From NCBI GenBank assembly GCA_963796275.1, contig CAWCKY010000004.1, positions 32,001 through 96,000 of the forward strand: DNA of 64,000 nucleotides, read 5' to 3'. The notes under the pieces are model-generated. The model did no database searches. It was not told the DNA's origin and saw only the letters and a program-made list of their open reading frames with translations. Origin of the DNA: an uncultured Acidobacteriota bacterium (GTDB lineage Bacteria; Acidobacteriota; Blastocatellia; RBC074). How positions within the stretch are numbered: the first letter of the stretch is position 1; the number at the start of each line of letters is the position of its first letter. The translations under genes and the position numbers were made by a program. Positions 29,301 through 40,404 of this stretch are shown here, in pieces.

Positions 29301-29858
29301 CGCCTCGTGCAAAGCGCGGTCATTCTCATCCGCGGCGCGCAGCTCCTCGATCCAAATCTCATAGTCTCCTGCCGGCGCCTGCTTCTGCCCTGGCCGTACT
29401 GTCAGCCCATAGGCACCTGACGATTCGGCTACATGCGACAACAATTCCTGTCCCTGGCTCCTGCCTTCCATGTCGAACTCCGCGATCTGCTCGCCGCCTG
29501 GTCCTGACAGTCGCGCCACAACGTCAATGCCTTGCTGCTCGATGATCACCTTCAGATATTGACCGGCGCTCAGCCTGATCTGATAAGTTTGGCTATGATC
29601 ACCCGCCAATTCGCGTTTAATGGGTTGGCCAGGCTCAAGCAGAAGCGCCTCTTTCTCATTATCGGCTTTGCTGCTGGCATCACGCGGCGCTTGAGTTGGC
29701 TGTTGGCCAGGTCTCGCGAGTATGTACCCCAAAGTGTTCACCGAGAGAGCTATGGCCAATGAGCAGAAGAACAGGCAAAGGGATTTAGCCAAGCTTTGAG
29801 ATGTGAACTGCTGGTTAGGTCCGTTTAAAGCTGAGTCGGGTCGGCTTCGATCAGTCAT
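26382..29858 (-). CDS. TPR-repeat CHAT (caspase-like) protease
   Basis: About ten 42-aa TPR repeats (LGPEHPDVA); CHAT motifs APDGLLNLVPF, ATHGF (His), VLSACDTG (Cys), HPFYWASF; N-terminal hydrophobic segment. Start uncertain: ORF is open to 29963. Confidence 0.93.
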   Translation of the reverse strand: MTDRSRPDSALNGPNQQFTSQSLAKSLCLFFCSLAIALSVNTLGYILARPGQQPTQAPRDASSKADNEKEALLLEPGQPIKRELAGDHSQTYQIRLSAGQYLKVIIEQQGIDVVARLSGPGGEQIAEFDMEGRSQGQELLSHVAESSGAYGLTVRPGQKQAPAGDYEIWIEELRAADENDRALHEARKLLQEGLKLIGAGRHGEALPLIERSRGIRERLLGLEHRDAAEVLNVLGNLYWNKGEYAKAEPLYERALAIREKVLGPEHPDVAKTLNNLAVISLHRGEYLKAKQLFQRPLAILEKALGPQHSNVANSLNNLANVYARMGEYAEAESLYQRALAIREKVLGPGHPDVAQSLMNLTLLYRGRGAYTKAEQLGLRALAISEKALGPEHPRVALILHSIAYLYSSKGDYVKAEELYQRALAISEKTLGPDHLDIASTLNNMAQFYFDSGDFEQAERLLRRTVDIREKALGPDDPRVANPLSNLAILYRDRGDYVKAETLFQRAMSIQMKALGPEHPDVAHSMDRLAVLYREKGEYAKAEALFQRALAILENAMGPEHPDVVGFLDNLAALYTAKGDFAQAVKVLSRANSLGERNLTLNLATGSERQILAYLALFSEQTNFTLSLHSQALPQYPQALELAFTTLLRRKGRGLDVMADTIAAARRRAAPEDQTLFDQLAEARSQLAALTLGELGTDKPETYRARLKLREDKVEELESALSARRPEFRTQVQPVTLAAVQEALPSDSALVEFAVYTPRDLRNNKNKMPPRYLAYWLAARGEARWIDLGEAAPIDRAMTAWRRALRNPRRRDVKRLARVVDEQVMRPVLGLAQSGLGDIRRLLIAPDGLLNLVPFAALVDRQGHYLVERYSISYLTSGRELLRTSVDRPGEQRVVIVANPAYGERAAASSGRDIGLPPGSPQSAGALNLSGVFFPPLVGTAGEAQTLKAILPQATVLTREQATEAALKELHGPSILHVATHGFFLRDQKLELVGARDMGAVTVRSVSSSDQPVENPLLRSGLALAGVNRRRGSADHGDDGVLMALETAGLDLWGTKLVVLSACDTGVGEVKNGEGVFGLRRALALAGSETQVMSLWSVSDLGTRELMIEYYKALQHGEGRSDGLRRVQLEMLKRKARQHPFYWASFIQAGEWANLEGKR

Positions 29859-30247
29859 AATTTCACTACTGCACTCGGCGCCGCGAGGGCAATGGTCAAA
29901 CGCACAGGGAAGCGGTTTGTTGAGCAGGGTCTGGAGTCTCAATGAGCGGCCTCGCCCAAGCAAGCAGCCCGAGTTTTATGTCAAAACGAAAGCCCACTTG
30001 GTTTGCGGTTGCAGCGACGCTCTAGAAGGCCAGACTCGCTGACGATGCGGCTGATTACCGACCGGCCGGCCGAGTAGCCAATCTTTTGTGAGACAGTCCA
30101 GCAGACGCTCAAAAAACGAGTTCAAACTTCGATTGAGGGGGGAGTGCTATGGTTGAGGGGGAGTGGCCCATTCCGACGGTTAGTAGCAAGTTCGCCTTGG
30201 CCATGGAAGAGGCACTTCGTTTATCTATCACGCCAAACGCCCGAAAG

Positions 30248-30367
30248 TCAACTTCGATAAGTCGAACGGCAAAACGACTCCGGGCGCAGCGACGTTCGCT
30301 CCACGACATCAGTGCGAGCGGACAATTGCCGGCGGATGCGTTCGGCCAGTCTCTCGTTATATGCCAT
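30248..30367 (-). pseudogene. TfoX/Sxy N-terminal fragment
   Basis: MAYNERLAERIRRQLSARTDVVER resembles a TfoX N-terminus; similarity stops before the expected KMFGG. Confidence 0.55.
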
Positions 30368-30597
30368 AAAATCCCTCCAGACCTTGGAATGGGTTGAGAT
30401 CAAAATGCAGCGAGAGGATAGCACAAGCATAGATTGAGTCTCATAGTACTTTCGCCGTTCCAGAACTCGTCACGAAAGACATATACTTCAGATGCGTGGG
30501 AACTGCCCCGATCCAATTAACAGCCGCGCTCCAATATGAATATGCGGTTACTGAAACGGCCGGTTTTTTTCAACGGCCAAACATCGAAGGAAGGGTC

Positions 30598-31299
30598 ATG
30601 AATTTAAATAATGCATCGATACTCGTAACAGGCGGCGCGTCGGGGATTGGACTGGAGACCGCCCGGTTGTTGCTCTCTCAGGGAGCGAAGGTCGCCATCT
30701 GCGGGCGTAACTCAGAAAGACTGGAGAAGGCGGCGGCAAGCGTGGGAGCGCTCCCGATCTGCGCTGATGTAAGCGTGGAAGCGGACGTCAAGCGGATGGT
30801 ACAGACTGTCATCGCGGAATTTGGCGATTACAATGTGCTCGTCAACAACGCAGGGTATGGTTACTTCGCCCCTCTCATCGAACAGGATATGGATCAGTTC
30901 AGCCGCCTGTTTCTGACTAATGTGACTGGCGCGATGCTCGTCGCCCGCGAGTCTGCCCGCTACTTCATCAGCCGCCTACGCGGGAACATCATCAACATTT
31001 CTTCGACCGCGGGGTCGAAAGGATTTCCGGGAGGTACGGCCTATGCGGCCAGTAAGTTTGCGTTGACCGGAATGACCGAATGTTGGCGCGCGGAACTGCG
31101 CAGATACAACATCCGAGTCATGCAGATCAATCCGAGTGAAGTCTTGACCGATTTCTTCCAGGCCGCCGGCATGGAGCAAAAAGCGAGCGAAAGAAAACTC
31201 CGCCCACAGGAGATTGCGCACGCCATCGCCAGCGCGCTTCAGATAGATGATCGAGGGTTCGTTACTGATTTGACAGTCTGGGCAACCAACCCCGATTGA
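30598..31299 (+). CDS. Short-chain dehydrogenase/reductase
   Basis: TGGASGIG, NNAG, YAASK; ATG 30598 with GAAGG upstream. Confidence 0.93.
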   Translation: MNLNNASILVTGGASGIGLETARLLLSQGAKVAICGRNSERLEKAAASVGALPICADVSVEADVKRMVQTVIAEFGDYNVLVNNAGYGYFAPLIEQDMDQFSRLFLTNVTGAMLVARESARYFISRLRGNIINISSTAGSKGFPGGTAYAASKFALTGMTECWRAELRRYNIRVMQINPSEVLTDFFQAAGMEQKASERKLRPQEIAHAIASALQIDDRGFVTDLTVWATNPD

Positions 31300-31483
31300 A
31301 GCAGCATGCGCGTAAGGATACGGCTGACCGATAAGACGGCTCCGAAGTACGGCCTGAACCGGCCCTCATAGCAATGATGACAAGCTCGATGGCAGAGACA
31401 AGTCGCGACGGCATACACGGCCCACCGCCTCACGATCTTCCAGGCCTGAGTTGGAATTTGCCGGTGGAAAAACCGGTATTCAT

Positions 31484-31545
31484 TGGAATTGCCCCGATTT
31501 AGTGGACAGTTTTGGTCTTGGGTAGTTTATGCCACCCCCTGATAT
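31484..31545 (-). mobile_element. Possible IS3-family end remnant
   Basis: TGGAATTGCCCCGATTTAGTGGACA resembles IS3 terminal inverted repeats; no partner end identified. Confidence 0.35.
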
Positions 31546-31559
31546 CTCCGTCAGGCGGT

Positions 31560-33971
31560 TCAGTTTTCATTCAACGCGCGCATCGGGTCTTGTTGCGCGG
31601 CGCGGCGCGCGGGCCACAGGATCGCCAACAGGCCGATGACCGCCATCACGCCGCAGGCTGCCGCGAGCGTTACGAGATCGAACGGCGGCACGCCGTGCAA
31701 TTGGCTCGCCAATGTTTGGGCAACAACGGTGGCGGCGAACAAACCGCCGATAATGCCAAGCCCCAAGACCGATCCGCTCTGCCGCAAAAACAGCCGCAGA
31801 ATCGCGCCAGGCGTAGCGCCGAGCGCGATACGAATGGCGACTTCGCGTTCGCGCTGTTGCACGGCATACGCGGTGACGCTATAGATGCCGAGCAAGGCCA
31901 GCAGCGCGGCGAACATGGCAAAGCCTGTCAGCAGTGACATCAGAAAGCGAGGCGCGGCCAAAAGCTTTTCGGCTTCGCGGTCAAGCGTATTTTCGTGACT
32001 GACCAACACCTCCCGATCCAGTTCCGCGACCGTCGTGCGCACGGCGCTCAACCACACCGACGTGGGGCGATCCGTGCGGAAATAGAGCGGCGCATAACGG
32101 CTGGGCGCTTGCATAAACGGCAGATAAATGTCGTTCAGATCGATGTCCATGTGCGTTTGCCGTACGTCACGCGCGACACCGACAATCGTGCGCCAGACGC
32201 TGCGCACATTGCGATCCGCCTGTTCCGCCGGGCGAATGCGCTGGCCAATGGCGTTGTCTTGCGGCCATAAGCGACGCGCCAACGTTTCGCTGATGATGGC
32301 GACGGGTTCCGCACCTTCGCGGTCAGCGTTGGTGAAACTTCGCCCCTGTTGAATGCGAATGCCGAACAAATCAAAATAGCCGTCGCTCACCGCCATCACG
32401 CTCGCATTGCGTCGCTCGTTGGTGGCGGCATCCACTTCGAGTGTTTGTGCCGGGTATTCGTAAAAGGGGATGAAATTGGTGAAGGCAAACGGCGCATTTG
32501 TCGTCGCCGCCAAACGTTCTCTGAGCCGTTCATAAAATTGCAGAAAGGCTTGCGGATCGGGATACGTGCGATTGGGCAACGCGATGCGTGTGCGCACGAC
32601 GTGTTCGGTTTGAAAGCCGAGATCGGTACGCGCCAGATGTACGACACTGCGAATCATCAGGCCACAGCCCATCAGCAACGCGACGGACAACGCCACTTCC
32701 AGCGCGATCAGGCTGGAGCGCAACCGTCGCATCGTCGGGCCATCGGTTCCGCTGCGCCCTTCGCGTCGCAAGGTGTCGGCCAGTCGTTTTTCCCACGGCG
32801 TTACCATCGGGATGAGCGAGAGCGAAAGCGCAATCAATATGCCTGCGCCTCCGACTAGCAACAACACCGATGGATCTAGCGCAATCGCCGCAGTACCGCC
32901 CGGGGCGCCGCGTCCTAATCGTTCTTCCACAACCGGCGCAAGCAAGCGCAATCCCCCTCGCGTCAGCGCCAATCCGATCACGAACGCCGCGCCGCATAGC
33001 AAACCAATCTCTGTAATCAGCATTCGTAGGATGTGATTGCGCCCTGCGCCGAGCGATACGCGCACTGCTATTTCCTTCTGCCGCCGCAACGCCCGCAACA
33101 ACAACAGCACCGCCACATTCACACATACAATCATCAGCGCCAATCCCGCCGCAATCGTGACCGGCAGCAGCAGCGGGCGCAGTTCTTTGACATAGCGTTC
33201 GTGCGTGGATTCGAGTTTTACACCTTGCCAATTGGGCGGAAAGTTCGATCCGATAGCGCGAATCGCCTCGGTAATGCGCTGTTCTGCCACCGCAACGAGA
33301 ACGCCCGCGCGCAGTCGCACCAGGTATGCCTGTCGCGGCGCCGTCAGCGGCACGGCAAATTCCATTACGCCCCGCGCATACTCACGCGCGTAGTGAAAAT
33401 CCGGCGGCAGCACGCCTACGATACGAAATGTTTCCATTGGCTCGGCCAGGTTAGAACGGCTCGCCCGAAACGAACGCCCGACGATATTCGGGTCAGCGTC
33501 GAATCGCTCCTGCCACAGCGCGTACCCAATCAACGCAACCTTTTCTGCTTCGGCGCGAAACTCTTCCGCCAAAAAGGGACGCCCCACCACTGTGCGCAGG
33601 CCCAGCATTTCGCCTGCGCCGGGTGCGACAGACAGCCCTAACGCCTCTCTCTTCTCCGCGCCTTCGCCGATGTAAAACCGCGCCAAGTGCGAAGCATCGG
33701 CTACCTCGACGACTTCGCTCAGGTTTTTCCAGTCCATCGTTGCCACTTCGCGCGGTTCCGGTACGCCCTGCACAGTGTAGATGACGTGATACAACCGATC
33801 CGCTGCCGGGAACGGCATCGAGCGAATCAGATAGGCATTCATCACTGCCAACGCAGTCGCCACCAGCGCAAAGCCCAAAGCCAGGGAAATCACGCCGGCG
33901 AAGGTAAAGCCCGTGTTTTTACCAAGCGAGCGTACGCTGTAGTTCAAGTCACGCCAGAAATCTGCCAGCAT
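31560..33971 (-). CDS. ADOP-type duplicated ABC permease (MacB-PCD/FtsX x2)
   Basis: DFWRDLNYSVRSL start; RQKEIAVRVSLGA and REREVAIRIALGA repeats; PARRAAQQDPM end. Confidence 0.93.
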   Translation of the reverse strand: MLADFWRDLNYSVRSLGKNTGFTFAGVISLALGFALVATALAVMNAYLIRSMPFPAADRLYHVIYTVQGVPEPREVATMDWKNLSEVVEVADASHLARFYIGEGAEKREALGLSVAPGAGEMLGLRTVVGRPFLAEEFRAEAEKVALIGYALWQERFDADPNIVGRSFRASRSNLAEPMETFRIVGVLPPDFHYAREYARGVMEFAVPLTAPRQAYLVRLRAGVLVAVAEQRITEAIRAIGSNFPPNWQGVKLESTHERYVKELRPLLLPVTIAAGLALMIVCVNVAVLLLLRALRRQKEIAVRVSLGAGRNHILRMLITEIGLLCGAAFVIGLALTRGGLRLLAPVVEERLGRGAPGGTAAIALDPSVLLLVGGAGILIALSLSLIPMVTPWEKRLADTLRREGRSGTDGPTMRRLRSSLIALEVALSVALLMGCGLMIRSVVHLARTDLGFQTEHVVRTRIALPNRTYPDPQAFLQFYERLRERLAATTNAPFAFTNFIPFYEYPAQTLEVDAATNERRNASVMAVSDGYFDLFGIRIQQGRSFTNADREGAEPVAIISETLARRLWPQDNAIGQRIRPAEQADRNVRSVWRTIVGVARDVRQTHMDIDLNDIYLPFMQAPSRYAPLYFRTDRPTSVWLSAVRTTVAELDREVLVSHENTLDREAEKLLAAPRFLMSLLTGFAMFAALLALLGIYSVTAYAVQQREREVAIRIALGATPGAILRLFLRQSGSVLGLGIIGGLFAATVVAQTLASQLHGVPPFDLVTLAAACGVMAVIGLLAILWPARRAAQQDPMRALNEN

Positions 33972-34109
33972 AGTTGTTCTCCTTCAGTCAGCATGATGCG
34001 TTCCCAGAGAATTGGGAACCCCGCTCAAGCTTAGACGCCGCAGACAACTGTTTTCTTCCGAGTGCGCCGAATAAAATTTCGTCGTCATTCAGATCGCCAA
34101 GCAATGGGC

Positions 34110-34335
34110 CTCAAAGCTCAGCGGAGAACTCGCTCGACTTCCTTGAGTTTGTCGTCGAAGAGTTGCCATTCCCAATCCAGCGAGTCCAGACCGACCGTGG
34201 CTGGAGTTCTTCGTGTACGAATTTCAGCAATGGTTGATAATGCGATCAAGTTTCGCCCGATCAAGCCGAGGTTGCCTCATCTTAATGGGAAAGTGGAAAG
34301 GAACCAGAAGATCGGCTGGGAGGAGTTTTACCAAT
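34110..34335 (+). pseudogene. IS481-family transposase fragment
   Basis: Across a frameshift: LDFLEFVVEELPFPIQRVQTDRG ... IKFRPIKPRLPHLNGKVER..EEFY. Confidence 0.75.
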
Positions 34336-34760
34336 CCTCCTCGAACATATCGAGGAGGAACTTGACCACTATCGGGTCGAGCGTGATGAGTTGAGCCTCG
34401 CTTGCGCATCCAATTCGACTTTCCTCAAACTCTATCTCCCCGAAGAGAGCCTGGCGCCCGTCCCGGATGATTGCCTGCGAGTTGGACGGCCTGGATTCCG
34501 GAATCTCGCTTGCTGAAATGTCCAATCACTCCGACCTCGGCGCCGGCGTTGGCGCGGGTCTGCGAGAGTCGAACTATCTGCGGGTCAGTGAGTTTTTTGC
34601 TAGATGCGCGATTGCGTCCGCTCTCCCTTAATGAACGCAGAGAGCGATGAATATCCGGCAAAGTCTGGAAATATTCGACCGTTTCCGGTAAAAACAAGGT
34701 AATAGCGGGCGGTGCAATCGCGCCCTTCACTTTTAAGACCCTTTTTCGAGGACAAAACTC

Positions 34761-36059
<1,299 letters not shown>

Positions 36060-36414
36060 TTCAATAGAAGTTCATGTTCGGTGAGAAAGAGAGATCGCGC
36101 ATAAGAGATCAGAACACGAAAGTGGGCGCGTCAGCAGGCTCGATGTATTTGATCAGCGGCAGATAAGCGCCGTCCGCTTCGGCTGCAGCGTATACTTCAT
36201 CGTGTCTGGGCAATGGGCAATCAAACATTCTCCAACGAGAGCGACCCATTTCCGCCGTGTTCTTTTCTATCTGTACCTCGTCATATAATTCACCGGTGCC
36301 GCGCGAGCAAGCCTTGAATTTCGGATTCACGTTGCGCGCGGCTTGACGGCCGAACGTTGAGCCGTTAGACAGCCCTTGAAGTCGAGTGTTACAGCCCGGG
36401 AGGACTAGTTCGCA

Positions 36415-37644
36415 ATGATTTCATCTTTTAGATGTTTGGGCGTGGTTCGGGTCCCGCAGAATCTCTCGGCGCTCGCTATTGCCATCTTGCTGTTTTGGTC
36501 TGCACCAGGCGTTAAACCCGTGCCCGCCGTCGTCTCGGCGCAAGAGCCAAACCTGCGTGCCGCTCCGAACGAGAGCGCCGGTTCGCTCGACGCATGGATC
36601 GATTCGGTTCGTAAGCAGCACAACATCCCGGCGCTGGCCGCCATTGTTCTGCGAGCCGATACTGTTCTTGCGCGCGGCATCGCGGGGGTTCGGCACGCGG
36701 GCATTGCCGGGGCAGTAACCATCAAAGATCGATTCCAGCTCGGGTCAAACACTAAGGCAATCACAGCCACGCTTGTCGCGACCCTTGTCGAGGCGGGCAC
36801 GCTGCGGTGGACGACGACGCCCGCCCAGATCTTTCCAGAAATGCGTGACTCAATGTCCCCTGCGTTTCGGGGAGTGACACTCGAACAACTGCTCTCTCAC
36901 CACGCTGGTGTCTCGGCGTTCACGGATACCGAGGATGAAGACTTCAAGAAAATCCCTCACCTCATCGGCACTCCCATGGAGCGCCGCCGGGCGTTCACCG
37001 CCTGGGTTCTTCGGGGCAAACCAGTCGAGCCGCCGGGTACGAAAGCCATCTACTCGAATGGTGGCTACACGATTGCGGCCGCAATGGTGGAACGTGTAAC
37101 CGGGCATAGCTGGGAATCACTTATTCGCGAGCGTGTATTCAGGCCCCTGGGTATCAATGGCACGTTTGCGTGGTCAGATTCTGCGGATGTTGAACAGCCG
37201 TGGGGACACTATGAAACGCCGTCGGGAGTGAAGGCTGTGGATCCGCGCGATCCTGGAGAACGAGTGCCTCCGATCATGTGGCCGGCTGGTTCAGTGGAGC
37301 TCTCTCTCGACGACTATGCGCGCTTCCTCCAGCTCAATCTCCGCGGGCTCGAGGGTCACGATACATCTCTCCTTAGAGCCGCAACCATCAAGCGGTTGCA
37401 TACTTCGCCGGTCGCTCCGGGCGATGACTTCGCACTAGGCTGGGGGATTCAGGAGTTCGACAATGCGCCAGCACGCGTGCATGTGGGGAGTGCCGGAGCG
37501 TTCTTTGCTGTCACCATGCTGCAGCCGACGCGAGACCTCGCCGTGGCGGTATTCGCGAACGCAGGCGGTGAAAGGGCGGATACGGCTGCAAAGGAAGTGC
37601 TCATAACACTCGTCCGACGCTATGCGACTCCGGCCGCCAAGTAG
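36415..37644 (+). CDS. Secreted serine hydrolase, beta-lactamase/AmpC-like family
   Basis: Signal peptide; SNTK (SxxK), LLSHHAG, YSN, HVG. Confidence 0.9.
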   Translation: MISSFRCLGVVRVPQNLSALAIAILLFWSAPGVKPVPAVVSAQEPNLRAAPNESAGSLDAWIDSVRKQHNIPALAAIVLRADTVLARGIAGVRHAGIAGAVTIKDRFQLGSNTKAITATLVATLVEAGTLRWTTTPAQIFPEMRDSMSPAFRGVTLEQLLSHHAGVSAFTDTEDEDFKKIPHLIGTPMERRRAFTAWVLRGKPVEPPGTKAIYSNGGYTIAAAMVERVTGHSWESLIRERVFRPLGINGTFAWSDSADVEQPWGHYETPSGVKAVDPRDPGERVPPIMWPAGSVELSLDDYARFLQLNLRGLEGHDTSLLRAATIKRLHTSPVAPGDDFALGWGIQEFDNAPARVHVGSAGAFFAVTMLQPTRDLAVAVFANAGGERADTAAKEVLITLVRRYATPAAK

Positions 37645-37849
37645 GAAACTCGGCGGTTGTCTAACGTATCGTTAGGCGGACAGCGCTACTGTCCAGGCAA
37701 CAACAGAGACCATCACGGGAACAGCTCTCTTGGAAGTGCACACAGGAGCACGCCCGGACGTGGTCCTGAGGAGAAACGATGACGACGCGAATTGCACTGT
37801 TGAGTGGTTTGTTGCTGCTATGGTTCTCTGCGACAACTCCATGTATCTG

Positions 37850-38130
37850 ACCAGCTCATCGTACTGGTTCGAGACGGCGAAGATTGAGGCCAACACGCCC
37901 TGCAGTAGTATCGCCGCAGTCGGAGCCTGAAAGCGCGGGCTGAGCCTGCCCAGCGATTTGAAGAAGACGCCATCTACGCCCATGGCGTAATAGACTCGCG
38001 GGGCCGAGAGCAGAGCCAAGTTCATAAAACCGAAAGTCGAGACGACGATCAGAAAGCTGATCGCTTTGGCTCCGAATGGCCCGGCCAGTTTCGCCGCCAC
38101 GTCGGCTGCCGGAGTTTCGGTCGCCGCCAG
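37850..38130 (-). pseudogene. APC-family amino acid permease internal fragment
   Basis: VSTFGFMNLALLSAPRVYYAMGVDGVFF..LSPRFQAPTAAI; both termini missing. Confidence 0.75.
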
Positions 38131-38168
38131 CGACGATCCGCAGCATGGCTGCATGGTCGAACAGGCAG

Positions 38169-38363
38169 TCAGGCCGCGGTGGCCGACTCGTCTTGCTGGC
38201 GATAATACATTAATTCAAACTCCGCCGACGGAATGTTGCCAATCGGTTCTAGCAGCCGGCGGTTATTGAACCAATCGACCAATTCGAGGGTGGCGTACTC
38301 GATCTGTTCGAGATTACGCCAAGGACCACGGTGGTGAATGACCTCGGACTTGAACAATCCGAT
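38169..38363 (-). pseudogene. IS3-family transposase C-terminal fragment
   Basis: FKSEVIHHRGPWRNLEQIEYATLELVDWFNNRRLLEPIGNIPSAEFE. Confidence 0.85.
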
Positions 38364-38622
38364 TTTGAAATTTAATGGAAAGAGAACGCATTAAAAGTCC
38401 TTCTTGGCTTGATGTTCATGTCGAGATTAAACAGAATATCTTCCTTTACCGCACTCCACAGCAAGCAGTTCAGCTACAAATAAATCGTCAGGGATTTGCT
38501 TAGAGTAACAAAAAGCAACAATTCTCCCGGAGACGCTTTTACAGTCTTTTCGCTTGGCTGGTCGTCAGTCCAGTCAAGATGAGGTCGAGGGTGTTCCACA
38601 AACTTCAATAAAGGAGACTCTT

Positions 38623-40144
38623 ATGCGTATTCCATCATTGAGATACTAAACTGCTGGTACTCTGTCTACTACTAATCTCTTCAGTAATTGGGGGCAGCTA
38701 CGTCGCGCTTATCAACTGGGCACCTGGCGTTGCCGCGGGCCGGGCATCGCTGAACTCGGTCGGCTCGGCGGCGGCCCAGGATGTCTGCAGCGACGGGATC
38801 AATGTACCCAACCGCTATAACCTGCCCTTCTGCGTAAGAGCTGACGAGCTCTTCATCTTCGCGGTCAACTACAGGCCGTTCGAGTACGGGGGGGAGACCC
38901 CGATGCGGACGGCCGACAGGTTCTTCGAGACCGTCATTGGCGCCCGGCTCAGGGAGGCCTTCCCGAACCTGAAGATCAAGTACGCAACGTGGGACTACCC
39001 AGTCAGATACGAGGATCTGGCAAATGCCGGCGTAGTGCCGGACATCATCATCGAAAATCCGCATAATCGCATCGATCGGGACCTCGAACCGCGAGGATTG
39101 GTCGCAGACATGACACCGATGATCATAGGGAGCGGGATCAACCTCAACCAGCTCAACCGGGGCGCCGTCGAGATGGTGAGGTCGCGTTCGGACGGCGGAA
39201 TATACGGCGTGCCGCTCTTCATCGATGAATACATGTTGTTCTACAACAAGAAGATCTTCGATAAATTCCATGTGAACTACCCGACGGTCGGTATGACGTA
39301 CGACGAAGCTTACAGGCTGGCCACGAGGCTGACCCGCCAGTCTGGGCTCAACGCCTACAAGGGATACCTGCAACACCCCGACAGCTATCTGGTCTTCAAC
39401 CAGCTCGGTCTCTATCCGTTCCAACCGACCACGAGCGAGCAGCCTGCGCCTGAGGATATCAGAGTGGATATCACCAGCCCGGGTTGGAGGGAACTCGCCG
39501 AGAACATCGATCGGTTCCTCAACATTCCACGCAATACGTTCACAACCGTCGACGACTACTTGAAAGGAGACATGAGTCGGCCGGGTCATGTCGCGATGAC
39601 GGTGAATACGTTGAGCAAGCTGCCAATGTACGCGGGCAACGAGCTGTACATGGACCCCGCAGCTAGGGACGAAATCATGGGGTGGCTGCCGAGCGTCGAG
39701 ATCGGTATCACGTCCGTTCCGGTGCTCCGTCAGGGCTCGAAAACGATCTATCAGCCCAACATGCTTGCCGCCTTTATCCCGCCTCACTCAAACAAGAAGG
39801 GTCAGGCGATCGCGGTCGTGAAGTGGTTGGTCTCGGAGGAGGCACAGGTCGAGCTGTCCAGGCACGCCATCAAGGGGGTCCTGCAGACTCCGGCCGTCAT
39901 CGGCAGCTTCGGTGCCGCCATTCCGGAGTTGGCCGGAATCGACACCTCCGCCGTCTACTGGGGTAGGAATGCCGTCGTGAGAAACTACCAGAACACCGAG
40001 TATTGGGACATCCCGCTCTTTATGGTGTTTCGGCAGCACGTGCTCAGAGACGGCATGTCGACAGAATCGTCGTTGACCGTCACCGAGCAGGAAGACATCC
40101 CCGCATATATCAAGAGCAGGGCGGCGGCGGGACAGACCTGGTAG
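38623..40144 (+). CDS. Extracellular solute-binding protein (sugar ABC type), with a frameshift near the start
   Basis: DGGIYGVP..MLFYNKKIFDKFHVNYP motif; frame open from 38642 with a hydrophobic leader; RBS AAGGAG + ATG 38623 is out of frame by one base. Confidence 0.7.
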
Positions 40145-40404
40145 TTAGGACTGCGGTGCAGAATGTGAAAGTCTAAATCTAACCACCGGGAGCACGGAGA
40201 AGAACAAAATGCGCCATCGCGCACATGATAATTTCGCGTGATCGCGGCCTCGCGATCAAGTTTCAGAAATCCGGAAAACACAACCGATTGTATGTCGCCC
40301 GCTCATTTCAAATTATCCAGTGGGGGCTACGATGTGCGCGATGGGCGCAGGCACCTGGAGCGGGTTGAATTTGACAAAACCTCAAACCCTGCAGGAGGCA
40401 GCTT

